Assembly (NCBI GenBank): GCA_044224725.1
Contig: JBGAJW010000021.1
Coordinates: 6,644 to 70,643 of the forward strand
Reading direction: 5' to 3'
DNA length: 64,000 nucleotides
DNA from: Flavobacteriales bacterium
Lineage (GTDB): Bacteria; Bacteroidota; Bacteroidia; Flavobacteriales_F; PHOS-HE28
Shown: positions 54,607-63,584 of the stretch, piece after piece
Layout: each line of letters opens with the position of its first letter
Position numbering within the stretch: the stretch's first letter is position 1
Program-made: the position numbers and the translations under genes
The notes under the pieces: generated by a model
What the model saw: only the letters and a program-made list of their open reading frames with translations
Told to the model about the DNA's origin: nothing
Databases searched by the model: none

Positions 54607-55578
54607 ATGTCCAAGGGCACCATCCTCGTTACCGGTGGCGCGGGCTTCATCGGCTCGCATGTGTGTGATGCGCTCATCAGGGATGGCTTCGCGGTGCGTT
54701 GCTTCGACAATCTGGCCACGGGGAAGCGCGGCAACATTTCACATCTCGAAGCGGGGCCGAACTTCTCCTTCGTTGAAGGCGACCTGCGTTCGCAGGATGA
54801 TCTGAGGACGGCGGTCGTCGGCGCTTCCGCCATCGTCCATCTCGGTGCCTTGGGCAGCGTGCCGCGCAGCATCGCCGATCCCCTTCCAAGCGAAGCGGCC
54901 AACCTCACCGGTTTCTTGAACCTCCTGGAGGCTGCGCGCCACGCGGGGGTGAAGCGCATCGTTTACGCCAGCAGCAGCAGTGTCTATGGGGATAGCGCGG
55001 AACTTCCCAAGCGTGAAGGCACCGAAGGCCGTCCGCTCTCGCCGTACGCGGTGACCAAGGCGATGGACGAGGCGTACGCGAACCTCTATCATCACATGCA
55101 CGGGATGGAACTCATCGGCCTGCGCTTTTTCAATGTGTTCGGTGAGCGGCAGGATCCTGAAGGTCCCTACGCTGCGGCGATACCCAAGTTCATCCGCGCC
55201 TTGCTGAAGCATGAGCCGCCCGTCGTCAACGGCGATGGAGGACAGACCCGCGATTTCACCTACGTGGGCAACGCCGTGCATGCGGTGCAGTGCGGACTCT
55301 GCGCAGGTGGCGGAGCTGTGGGCGAAGTGTTCAACATCGCGTTCGGCGACCGTTGCGATCTGCTCTCGCTCGTCGGGCGCTTGCGAACGCACCTCGCCCG
55401 CATCGATCCGGCCATTGCTCACGTGGGAGTGCGGCACGCGCCCGACCGTCCCGGCGATGTGCGCGACTCGTTGGCGGATGTGGGCAAAGCGAGGAAATTG
55501 CTCGGCTACTCCCCGGCCTACGATCTCGAAGCCGGCCTCGAACGGGCCGTGCCCTGGTACGCCGAACACTGGCGTTAA
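54607..55578 (+). CDS. NAD-dependent nucleotide-sugar epimerase/dehydratase (extended SDR)
   Basis: VTGGAGFIGSH. Catalytic SPYAVTKAMDE (YxxxK). FNVFGERQDP and GDGGQTRDFTYV. Resembles UDP-GlcNAc/UDP-Glc 4-epimerase-type enzymes. Confidence 0.88.
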   Translation: MSKGTILVTGGAGFIGSHVCDALIRDGFAVRCFDNLATGKRGNISHLEAGPNFSFVEGDLRSQDDLRTAVVGASAIVHLGALGSVPRSIADPLPSEAANLTGFLNLLEAARHAGVKRIVYASSSSVYGDSAELPKREGTEGRPLSPYAVTKAMDEAYANLYHHMHGMELIGLRFFNVFGERQDPEGPYAAAIPKFIRALLKHEPPVVNGDGGQTRDFTYVGNAVHAVQCGLCAGGGAVGEVFNIAFGDRCDLLSLVGRLRTHLARIDPAIAHVGVRHAPDRPGDVRDSLADVGKARKLLGYSPAYDLEAGLERAVPWYAEHWR

Positions 55579-55606
55579 CCCCTGCTCGCGTTCGTGATCA
55601 CCGGGA

Positions 55607-56401
55607 TCACCGTCGCACCGCGAGGAAGTTCGTCGTGCGGAACTGCTCTTGCGTTTCGTAGTAATGCTCCATCTTGAACAGGTAGCCGGACGGTGTGATG
55701 CGGTAGAGGTCCATGCCCAGCGGCTCGAAGAAGTACCAGAAATCGCGGAAGTAGGTGTGCGTATCGATGTTGGCACCGCCGAACTCCAAGGTCACCAGGC
55801 CGATGGCCTTCTTGGCGAACATGCCCTTCGCGCCCTTGAAGCAATCGAGTTCGTGGCCTTCGATGTCCACCTTCAGCAGGTCGATACGGTCGATGCCCTT
55901 GGCCGCGCAGTAGTTGTCCACGGTGTCGATCAGCACGGTCTCGCTCCCTTCGTTGCTCATCCCGAAGTGGTCCAGTTTGCGCTTGGTGAGGCTGGCGAGT
56001 TCACTACCGGCATGGTCGTAGTGCAGCACGGCTTCGCTCTGTTCGGCACCGAGGCCGATGTTGTTCAGGTGGACCTTCGGTTTTCCCGCAGCGGTCTTCA
56101 CCAAGTGCTCGAAGGTCTGTTTGCCCGGTTCGAAGCAGTGCACTTCGACATCCTGCCCTTGCATGTGATCGAGCGCCATGCTGAGGAACTGCCCCCGGTT
56201 GCTGCCCACATCGAAAATGCGGTACGGCCCTTTCGTGAACTTCTTCAGCCGGTCCAGGATCACCGTTTCACCACTGGCGGAAACCCCTGCTCCCGATCCG
56301 ATGCCCATTAGCTCCTGTGACACCTGCACGTTCTTCTGAAGGACGCGCTGGGCGAAACGACTGGCAGTGAGATTGGCGAGGACCCTCTTCAATACGGACA
56401 T
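55607..56401 (-). CDS. FkbM family methyltransferase
   Basis: 264 aa. IFDVGSNRGQF, VHCFEP and LLKVDIEGHE motifs. Confidence 0.85.
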   Translation of the reverse strand: MSVLKRVLANLTASRFAQRVLQKNVQVSQELMGIGSGAGVSASGETVILDRLKKFTKGPYRIFDVGSNRGQFLSMALDHMQGQDVEVHCFEPGKQTFEHLVKTAAGKPKVHLNNIGLGAEQSEAVLHYDHAGSELASLTKRKLDHFGMSNEGSETVLIDTVDNYCAAKGIDRIDLLKVDIEGHELDCFKGAKGMFAKKAIGLVTLEFGGANIDTHTYFRDFWYFFEPLGMDLYRITPSGYLFKMEHYYETQEQFRTTNFLAVRR

Positions 56402-56621
56402 GGATGGACCGGTTTCGTTCGGTGAAGGGCCTTCTACGGTCCGTTCACGTCGATTTGTTCAGGTCGAAAGTAGCGTCGTGCTCTGCGACCCGTCCGGGTA
56501 TGCGTTCCCGTTCTCCACAATGCTCCATGGGTTCCGTCCATCGGCTGCGTGCGCCGGTCTCGGAAGCATGTATCCGGGGTCGGAAAAGGTGCGTCATATT
56601 CGTGCGCCTTCCCACCACCTC

Positions 56622-58280
56622 ATGCGCTCAATACTCCTCTTTCTCGCCGCTGCGGCGTTCTCGCTTTCGAGCGCCCAATCTCCCCCGACCATCGCCAACA
56701 AGGAGATGGACGCCTTGTTGGCTGAGCACTTCGAAGGGGCGAACGCACCGGGCGCCTGCATCCTGGTGTCCAAGGCAGGTCAGGTGATCTATCGGCGCGC
56801 CACGGGCGCGTCCGACCTTGCACAGCCCCTTGCTACCGACGCGATATTCCGTATCGGAAGCATCACCAAACAATTCACGGCGATGGCCATCCTGCAGCTG
56901 GTTCAGGAAGGCAAATTGAACCTGACCGATGAATTGCAGGGGCATATGGACTTCCCCAAGAAGGCTTGGCCCATCACCATCGAGCAGTTGCTCACGCACA
57001 CGGCGGGTATCCCCAACTACACCGATCTGCCCTCCTTCACACCGGAGAATTACGGCAAGGACGTTGGCCTCGCGGAGGTGATCGCGACCTTCAAGGACCT
57101 TCCGCTGGAGTTTGAACCGGGTACGAAGTGGAGCTACAGCAACAGCGGGTACGTCCTGCTCGGTGCCCTCGTGGAACGTATATCCGGAATGAGCTGGGAG
57201 ATGTACATGGGCGAGCAATTCTTCGGTCCGCTCGGCATGGCCCGCAGCAGCGCGAGCTCGGCGAACGGGCAACTGCCTGGCGAGGCGCTCGGCTACCAGA
57301 AAGGGGAGAAGGGCTGGGAACGGGCCGCTCCGCTCAGCATGACATGGCCGCATGGCGCAGGCGCGATCCGGAGCACGGTCGACGATCTCTTCGCGTGGAA
57401 TACGGCCGTGATGACCAGCAAGCTCGTACCGGCTGAACTACTGGCGAAGGCGCACACTGACCACAAATTGAACGACGGCAGTGCAACGCACTATGGCTAC
57501 GGTTGGAATTTCCAGAACGTCCAAGGCAGCCCGACGATCGAGCACAACGGCGGTATCAATGGGTTCACCAGTGCTAGCCTGTACGTGCCGAAAGAGGACA
57601 TCTACGTTGCCGTGCTCTGCAATGCGGAGACGAACGCGGCCGAGGCGCTCGCACCGCAACTCGCTGCCATTGCGATGGGCAAGCCCTACGCAGGGGCCAC
57701 CACCATGGATGTGCCAATGGAAGAGCTGAAGGGTTTCCAAGGCGTTTACCTCAGCCCGGACAGCGTGAAGCGCTACATCACGGCGGATGAACAGGGCCTG
57801 CACGCACAACGCGAGGGCTCGACCAAACGTGACCTGGTCTGCTTCGCGCCGGACAGTTTCATGTACAAGGGGGATGTCACCACGCTCACCTTCCGCCGAC
57901 AGGATGGCAAGGTCACCGGTGCCCGTCTATTGTCGCGCAGCCAGGACGAGCCGCTCGTTCTGACAGCCCTCCCATTGCCCGTGCGGACCGAGGTGAAGCT
58001 CGACGCCAAGGTCCTGAAGAAGTACGCCGGGGAGTTCGAGCTCAAACCCGGCTTTTCGATCACCTTCCGCGCGGACGGCGACAAGCTCTTCGGCAAGGCG
58101 ACGGGCCAGCCCGAGTTCGAGCTCTTCGCTGAAGGTCCGAACAAGTTCTTCTTGAAGGTGGTGGACGCCCGTATCGAATTCTACCCGGAAGCGAACGGCT
58201 CCGTGAAGCGCATGAAGCTCTTCCAGGGCGGGGAAATGGAAGGGAAGCGCATCAAGAGGCCGAAGGGCTCCAAGCCCTGA
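56622..58280 (+). CDS. Serine hydrolase, beta-lactamase/PBP4*-like family, with C-terminal domain
   Basis: Start MRSILLFLAAAAFSLSSAQ (ATG 56622). SITK (SxxK), YSNSGY, HGAG. Confidence 0.85.
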   Translation: MRSILLFLAAAAFSLSSAQSPPTIANKEMDALLAEHFEGANAPGACILVSKAGQVIYRRATGASDLAQPLATDAIFRIGSITKQFTAMAILQLVQEGKLNLTDELQGHMDFPKKAWPITIEQLLTHTAGIPNYTDLPSFTPENYGKDVGLAEVIATFKDLPLEFEPGTKWSYSNSGYVLLGALVERISGMSWEMYMGEQFFGPLGMARSSASSANGQLPGEALGYQKGEKGWERAAPLSMTWPHGAGAIRSTVDDLFAWNTAVMTSKLVPAELLAKAHTDHKLNDGSATHYGYGWNFQNVQGSPTIEHNGGINGFTSASLYVPKEDIYVAVLCNAETNAAEALAPQLAAIAMGKPYAGATTMDVPMEELKGFQGVYLSPDSVKRYITADEQGLHAQREGSTKRDLVCFAPDSFMYKGDVTTLTFRRQDGKVTGARLLSRSQDEPLVLTALPLPVRTEVKLDAKVLKKYAGEFELKPGFSITFRADGDKLFGKATGQPEFELFAEGPNKFFLKVVDARIEFYPEANGSVKRMKLFQGGEMEGKRIKRPKGSKP

Positions 58281-59154
58281 TGGTGCGATCATCGCTGGCG
58301 CTGACCAAGGTCCCGTCCGCGCACCAGTGCACCGCGTTCACGCTATGGGTGTGGCCGCCTTGCTTCAGCTCCAAGCGTTCCGCCGGTTCGAAGCTTGCCG
58401 CGTCCCACAGTTTCACGGATTTGTCACGACTGGCGGTGGCGCAGAGCTTCGCGTCCGGGCTGAAGGCGATGCCGTAGATGTTCGCCCTGTGTGCCGGTAT
58501 CGCGCGCAGTGGCTTGAAGTCCGCATCGGTCCGCCAGAAGCGAAGGTGACCATCCCGGCCCCCGCTGATGAGCGCGGGCTTGGACGGGTGCCAGCAGACA
58601 CTGGCCGCCCCACGCTCATGGGCCTCGATCGTGTGCCGCGTGTTGAGGTCGGTTGTTTCCAGCACATGCACGCGGCCATCGAGGGAAGCGACAGCGAGCA
58701 GCGATCCATCGGCGTTCACCGCCAGGCCGCGCACTTTCTCCTCGCTCAACGGTACCTGTCGTTCCAACTCCATGGTGGGCACTTTCCAAACGCTGATGCT
58801 CCCATCGCCGCCCGAGCACACGATGCGGTCCTTTCCCAGCGGAAGGATGCGGAAGATCCCGAGCCGATGCGCGTGGAGGTGACGCAGCTCTTCACCTTCG
58901 CTCAGGTCCACCACGTGCAGCCCGCCTTCGCTGTTGCCGATGAAGAGCAACTTGCGGTCACGGTCGTTATGGATCGTGTAGATCGGCTTCAGCGCATCCG
59001 CTACCTGTTCGCCATGATCGGGCATGCGCATGTCCCATCTTACCACCTTCCCGTCGCCACTGGCACTGAGAAAGAGGTTGGGGTTGGCGGTGCCTTGAAC
59101 GCTGTATACCGCGCCCCGATGCCCCGTGAATGTCGCCGTTCTGTGCCAGGCCAT
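58252..59154 (-). CDS. WD40 repeat protein
   Basis: 300 aa. GHRGAVYSV...SASGDGKVVRWD, ...GGRDGHLRFW, ...SRDKSVKLWD, ...ASDDRTIRAW. 29-bp convergent overlap with the hydrolase gene. Confidence 0.85.
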   Translation of the reverse strand: MAWHRTATFTGHRGAVYSVQGTANPNLFLSASGDGKVVRWDMRMPDHGEQVADALKPIYTIHNDRDRKLLFIGNSEGGLHVVDLSEGEELRHLHAHRLGIFRILPLGKDRIVCSGGDGSISVWKVPTMELERQVPLSEEKVRGLAVNADGSLLAVASLDGRVHVLETTDLNTRHTIEAHERGAASVCWHPSKPALISGGRDGHLRFWRTDADFKPLRAIPAHRANIYGIAFSPDAKLCATASRDKSVKLWDAASFEPAERLELKQGGHTHSVNAVHWCADGTLVSASDDRTIRAWSPSAS

Positions 59155-59270
59155 GTTCCGTGATCCCGATCGCTGACGCGGATACCGTGCCGATCCGCGT
59201 AACGAACGCCAAGACGATGGCGGAACGTGAAGGGATGCCTGTCCCTTGAAAAGTCGAGGTCCGGTCTTTC

Positions 59271-59912
59271 CTAGACCAACCGGTTCTCGCGGGCCGCTGC
59301 TTTCCGCTTGGGATCGCTCGGCATGGTCCCGAACACATAGTCCCAGAAAGGACTGCTCACACCGAACGCGCCGTCATCACCCACGAAATGATGGAGGTTG
59401 TGGTGTTTCCAGATCACGGCCAGGAAGTTCTTCGGTGGCTTGAACATATGGATGGCGTAGTGCACCGCCAAGTAGGTGCTGTAGCCGAACAGGAATCCCC
59501 CGCCGAACGCGTAGCCGGGTTCGCCCATCACCAAGCGGAAGAGCGCGATGAAGAGCACGGCCAGAACGATGCTCACCACCGGAGGAAGCGCCAACCGGCT
59601 CTTGTCCCGCGGATGATCGTGGTGAACGCCGTGTATCGTGTACTGGAATTTCTTGCGCTTCTCGGTAGGAGCGGGAATGTGGTACAGGTAGCGGTGCATC
59701 ATGTACTCGATGAGCGAGAAGAACAACGCGCCGACGATGAAGAAGAGGGCCGCACTCATCCATGATACGCCCAAACGGGCGATCGAATACCACAGGGTGA
59801 GGGCACCAGCGCTCCAGAACAGGGTGAGCGGTATGGCGATGTGCGTCTTGGTGAGCGCTTCGAGGACGGGATTGTCGAAGATCTTGCCCGGACCGGGTTT
59901 GGGGTTGCCCAT
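59271..59912 (-). CDS. Fatty acid hydroxylase / sterol desaturase superfamily membrane enzyme
   Basis: His boxes HRYLYH, HGVHHDH, HNLHH. 4 TM segments. Confidence 0.85.
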   Translation of the reverse strand: MGNPKPGPGKIFDNPVLEALTKTHIAIPLTLFWSAGALTLWYSIARLGVSWMSAALFFIVGALFFSLIEYMMHRYLYHIPAPTEKRKKFQYTIHGVHHDHPRDKSRLALPPVVSIVLAVLFIALFRLVMGEPGYAFGGGFLFGYSTYLAVHYAIHMFKPPKNFLAVIWKHHNLHHFVGDDGAFGVSSPFWDYVFGTMPSDPKRKAAARENRLV

Positions 59913-59936
59913 GGATCTGCTTTAGCGGTCGCGAAA

Positions 59937-62195
59937 CTAATCAGCCTGAACCGCCTTCCGGCTGCCGAACGTCAGTCGTGCACCGAAGAAAAAGCTGCGA
60001 CCGGGAGCAGGGTTGTAGTAACGGCCGTTGGGGTCGTTCACCGTTATCCAGCTCGAGTAGCGGGCGTCCAACACGTTCTCGCAATGGAGGAAGATGGAGA
60101 TGTCGGCGGTCTTTCCACCGAACAGATAGGACAGGCGGGCGTGCTCCACATGCTTGTCCTCCGTTGCCACGCCTCCTGTAGGGGTGCGACCGATCAATCG
60201 GGCCCCGGTCTCGATACTGAGGCGTTTCAGGCCCAGGCCGCTCGCTCGTGCGACAAGCCCTGCCGTGATCACCGGTATGCCCGGGATATCGCCCAAGCTC
60301 GCATCGCCCGCGATCCGGTCAGTCCGTAGGTCCGTGTCCATGATCGCAACGGAAGCCAGAAGGTCTACCCGTTGCGTACCTGATCGATACACCGGGCCAT
60401 GCACCAACAATTCACAGCCCGCGATGAGCGCTCGGTCCTGATTGCCGTAATAGGTGACTCCAGCGCTGTCCTGGTTCTGCATGATGAGGTCAGCGACCGA
60501 TCTGTGGAAGACGGTGAAGTCGGCGCGCACGGGAGTTCCGGCAAATTCGTTGGAGGCACCGAACTCCCATTCGCGAACGCGCTCGCCCTGCAAGGAGTTG
60601 TTGAATACGCCGGAGGTTCCCAGCAATTCCCATACGGTGGCGCGGCTCACGTTTTCGGCGTAGCGCAAATGGAGCTTGTAGCCGCCGTGAAGGGTCTGCT
60701 CCAATCCAGCGTACGGAAGAAGCTTGGGAGTGGTGGTGCGCTTGCTCAACCTGCCGACCACATGGTCGTTGTGGTCATAGTCCGTGCGTTCCATGCCCAC
60801 GCCGGCATGCAGGATGGTGCTCCGCCCGATCCGTGTAACCGTGGTGGCGAAGGCGTTCAAGTTGGCTACACGGGTGTCCCCGTTCACCTTGATCTCGCCC
60901 AGCACCTTGTCCACGTAGCCCAGTTCGCGTAGATGATCGCGTTCCGCCAGCACTTCCAAGCCCATGTCCCACGCTGTTGGCAGGTTGAACAACTCATCCC
61001 CGCACATGGACAGTCGCGCCCCGACCGCGCGGATCGTTTCCTCCTTGAACCCGCAATTGCCAGCGCTTGTGCCGTACGGGTTCGTCTTGTCGATCCGCTG
61101 TGCATGCACCCCGCTGCGCACGGTAAGGTGCTCGCCCAGGCGCAGTTCGTTGGCCAGGCCGCCCATGATCTGCTCTTTCGCCAAGTGCGCGTTCAAGAGG
61201 ATGGAGTAGGGGCGGGCCGCCTGCGGATCCTGTTCCGCTGTGGTGAGATCCACGCTGCCCGGAAGGTCCCATGCCGCTTTCTGCCAAGTGAGGAACACAC
61301 GAGAGACACTCTTCCTGAAGGCGAAAGCCGTGGCGATGAACGCTTGGTCGCGCGCGCTGGATTCCTGCTCCCGATAGCCCGCATTGCGTTGATGGATGAG
61401 CCCGGCAGTGAAGGTCGTGCCCGCGTTGTTCGTGCGGGCCATTGCGCCGAGACGGTAGTAGCCGTAGGAACCGCCGATGGCTTCAATGGAAGCATCCGAG
61501 CCGGATGCGGACCGGAACGGCGCTGCGCCGATCAACAAGCCGCTGGGGGCAGTGCCATACATCGGGCTGCCTACACTGCGGGTGATATCGACGGATCCCA
61601 GCAGCAACGGATCAAGCAGTTCCAGCGGGGTGCTGCCGTCCGCCAGCGTTAGTGGGAAGGGTCCCCAGTAGACTTTCACGCCTCGGACGCCGTAGGGCGA
61701 ACGGAGCAAGCTGCCCCGAATGCTCAGTCGCGCGCTGCCTCCATGCCCACGTTCATCCCATTGTACCCCGGGCACCCATTGTACAGCGCTGCGCAGGGAA
61801 CCGCGTTCGAAACCAGCGATCAATGCGCTGTCCACCGTGGCGGTCGCCGCCAAGGCTTGGCGGTCGCGTTTGCGGGGCCAGTGTTCGATCACCACTTCCT
61901 TCAAGGGTGTGCTCACCACTGATTCCAGTGGTATGAAGCCCCGTGCCTCGGCGACCACCGTGCTTGCCACTGTCGGCTGGAAGCCCGGCATTTCAATACG
62001 GATCGAATCACAGGGCAATGGCACGCATACCTTTCCATCAGCATCGGTGTACCAAATGCCATCCCCGTTCGTACACCAGATGGAACAGCCTTCCACACCT
62101 TTCTGACCCGCGTCCTCCACCACCCGGAAACAGGACTGGCCGCTACCCGCAAAGGCAGCGGCCAGCGCCATAAGCGCGACAAGGGGGCGCTTCAT
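59937..62195 (-). CDS. TonB-dependent outer-membrane receptor
   Basis: Signal peptide MKRPLVALMALAAAFAGSGQ. Plug-like region (RLSIRGSLLRSPYGVRGVKVYW). Long beta-barrel ending ...GRSFFFGARLTF. Confidence 0.82.
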   Translation of the reverse strand: MKRPLVALMALAAAFAGSGQSCFRVVEDAGQKGVEGCSIWCTNGDGIWYTDADGKVCVPLPCDSIRIEMPGFQPTVASTVVAEARGFIPLESVVSTPLKEVVIEHWPRKRDRQALAATATVDSALIAGFERGSLRSAVQWVPGVQWDERGHGGSARLSIRGSLLRSPYGVRGVKVYWGPFPLTLADGSTPLELLDPLLLGSVDITRSVGSPMYGTAPSGLLIGAAPFRSASGSDASIEAIGGSYGYYRLGAMARTNNAGTTFTAGLIHQRNAGYREQESSARDQAFIATAFAFRKSVSRVFLTWQKAAWDLPGSVDLTTAEQDPQAARPYSILLNAHLAKEQIMGGLANELRLGEHLTVRSGVHAQRIDKTNPYGTSAGNCGFKEETIRAVGARLSMCGDELFNLPTAWDMGLEVLAERDHLRELGYVDKVLGEIKVNGDTRVANLNAFATTVTRIGRSTILHAGVGMERTDYDHNDHVVGRLSKRTTTPKLLPYAGLEQTLHGGYKLHLRYAENVSRATVWELLGTSGVFNNSLQGERVREWEFGASNEFAGTPVRADFTVFHRSVADLIMQNQDSAGVTYYGNQDRALIAGCELLVHGPVYRSGTQRVDLLASVAIMDTDLRTDRIAGDASLGDIPGIPVITAGLVARASGLGLKRLSIETGARLIGRTPTGGVATEDKHVEHARLSYLFGGKTADISIFLHCENVLDARYSSWITVNDPNGRYYNPAPGRSFFFGARLTFGSRKAVQAD

Positions 62196-62301
62196 TGTCG
62201 GCCCAAAGTAGCGGGCAGATCGGCCCTTCAGGACCGATCACCGCCCCATCGTTGCACGGCTGTGACGAAGGATCGCGATGCGGCTTGAAGTCCACTTCAG
62301 C

Positions 62302-62805
62302 TCACTTCTTCTCGAACTCCAACGAAACCGAGTTCATGCAATAGCGCAATCCGGTCGGCTCCGGACCGTCGTCGAACACATGCCCCAAGTGCCCCCCGCA
62401 ACGGCTGCAGACCACTTCCGTGCGCTTCATCCCGAAGGTGTTGTCCGTGTGTTCCGTCACCGCGCCTTTTTCAACCGGCTTGTAGAAACTGGGCCAGCCC
62501 GTTCCACTTTCGAACTTGGTTTCGCTGGTGAACAATGCCTGATGGCAGGCGGCACAGTAATAGGTGCCATGCTCGTGGTTGTCCCAATACTTGCCGCTGA
62601 AAGCCCGCTCCGTGCCGGCTTCGCGCAGCACATGGTATTGCTCGGGGGTGAGCAGCTTCTTCCATTCGTCGTTCGTCTTCATCACGGACTTCGGGTCGGT
62701 TGTTCCAGTGCTTTTCAGGTTATCGGGTGCTTGGCCACAAGCGGAGGTGAATGCAGCAAGCGTCAGTGCGAGCAGGACAAGAGGTGTGCTTTTCATGTGT
62801 TCCAT
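62302..62805 (-). CDS. msrB: Peptide-methionine (R)-S-oxide reductase MsrB with lipoprotein-type signal peptide
   Basis: [13 protein letters not shown] lipobox. Zn site YYCAAC and [12 protein letters not shown]. Catalytic RYCMNS. Confidence 0.9.
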   Translation of the reverse strand: MEHMKSTPLVLLALTLAAFTSACGQAPDNLKSTGTTDPKSVMKTNDEWKKLLTPEQYHVLREAGTERAFSGKYWDNHEHGTYYCAACHQALFTSETKFESGTGWPSFYKPVEKGAVTEHTDNTFGMKRTEVVCSRCGGHLGHVFDDGPEPTGLRYCMNSVSLEFEKK

Positions 62806-63046
62806 GCCGATGTAGCGGCGACGGTGCGAAATTGGGTCGACCGATAGGGTAACACCTGTCCGGTGGAAGACGTTCGGTCAGGACTCGGGTGAACCTGGAA
62901 GAGTGGATCAGATGACCGGATTTTGCAACAGCGCCATTCACGCATCGGCTTCGGGCGGTGAGGCTCTGGAGCGGTAATGGGGTGCTGGATCGGGATGAAA
63001 AGGGAGAGAGCCAGAGAGGTCGTAGTGAGGTCCGTCACTTCGACGA

Positions 63047-63062
63047 TTGCATTGCCATGCAA
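63047..63062. repeat. Inverted repeat TTGCAT-TGCC-ATGCAA
   Basis: 16-mer differing at one position from the core of the 28-bp palindrome 175 bp downstream. Confidence 0.7.
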
Positions 63063-63215
63063 ACGATCATTTCTTCACACCAATACTGCAAAGCGGCATG
63101 GGCTTATGTCATCAGAACAGATCCGTACAGCTCCTGACCGCCGCTTTCAAGCCACATCGTCCGCAGATGGAACGAACCATTTTTGGACGGAGAGTCTACG
63201 GTGACAAGCTAAAAT

Positions 63216-63243
63216 CCATAATTGCATGGCCATGCAATTATGG
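63216..63243. repeat. 28-bp perfect palindrome CCATAATTGCATGG|CCATGCAATTATGG
   Basis: Read directly. The two halves are exact reverse complements. The core TTGCATGGCCATGCAA is at 63222-63237. Confidence 0.85.
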
Positions 63244-63390
63244 TGATTGCGGAGGTGAGTGATCGCTGCAAGCCTTTCTCCACCTGCCAACCTCCTATGC
63301 TCCGGGCCAAGCTTCGGCCCGGTGCGGAATTCGACCGTGCATGTTCATTTCTCCTTCGCCGGTTACATTCGCGCCCCGTTTCCACGACCC

Positions 63391-63465
63391 GGACGCTTAG
63401 CTCAGCTGGTTCAGAGCACTACTTTGACAGAGTAGGGGTCACTGGTTCGAATCCAGTAGCGTCCA
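63391..63465 (+). tRNA. tRNA-Val (anticodon GAC)
   Basis: Hand-folded cloverleaf. Acceptor GGACGCT/AGCGTCC. D stem GCTC/GAGC. Anticodon stem CTACT/AGTAG with loop TTGACAG. T arm ACTGG-TTCGAAT-CCAGT. Discriminator A. CCA not encoded. Confidence 0.9.
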
Positions 63466-63469
63466 CATT

Positions 63470-63500
63470 ATCTATGTAGCTAGTTTTCAGCTAGATAGAT
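63470..63500 (+). other. AT-rich hairpin immediately 3' of the tRNA (tRNA terminator or att-junction sequence)
   Basis: ATCTAT-g-TAGCT ... AGCTA-g-ATAGAT: 6 + 5 bp stem with a 7-nt loop (AGTTTTC). Confidence 0.5.
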
Positions 63501-63584
63501 CGCCAAAAGTGGACGTCCAGCAGGCTGGCGGCACCGAAACGGCACAGCGGCACGAGCGCCGATCACACATCCGAAGAAGCTGTT

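Noticed and set aside
54739-56311. 345-aa minus-strand ORF and 220-aa plus-strand ORF
   Set aside because: They are antisense to the epimerase and FkbM methyltransferase genes.
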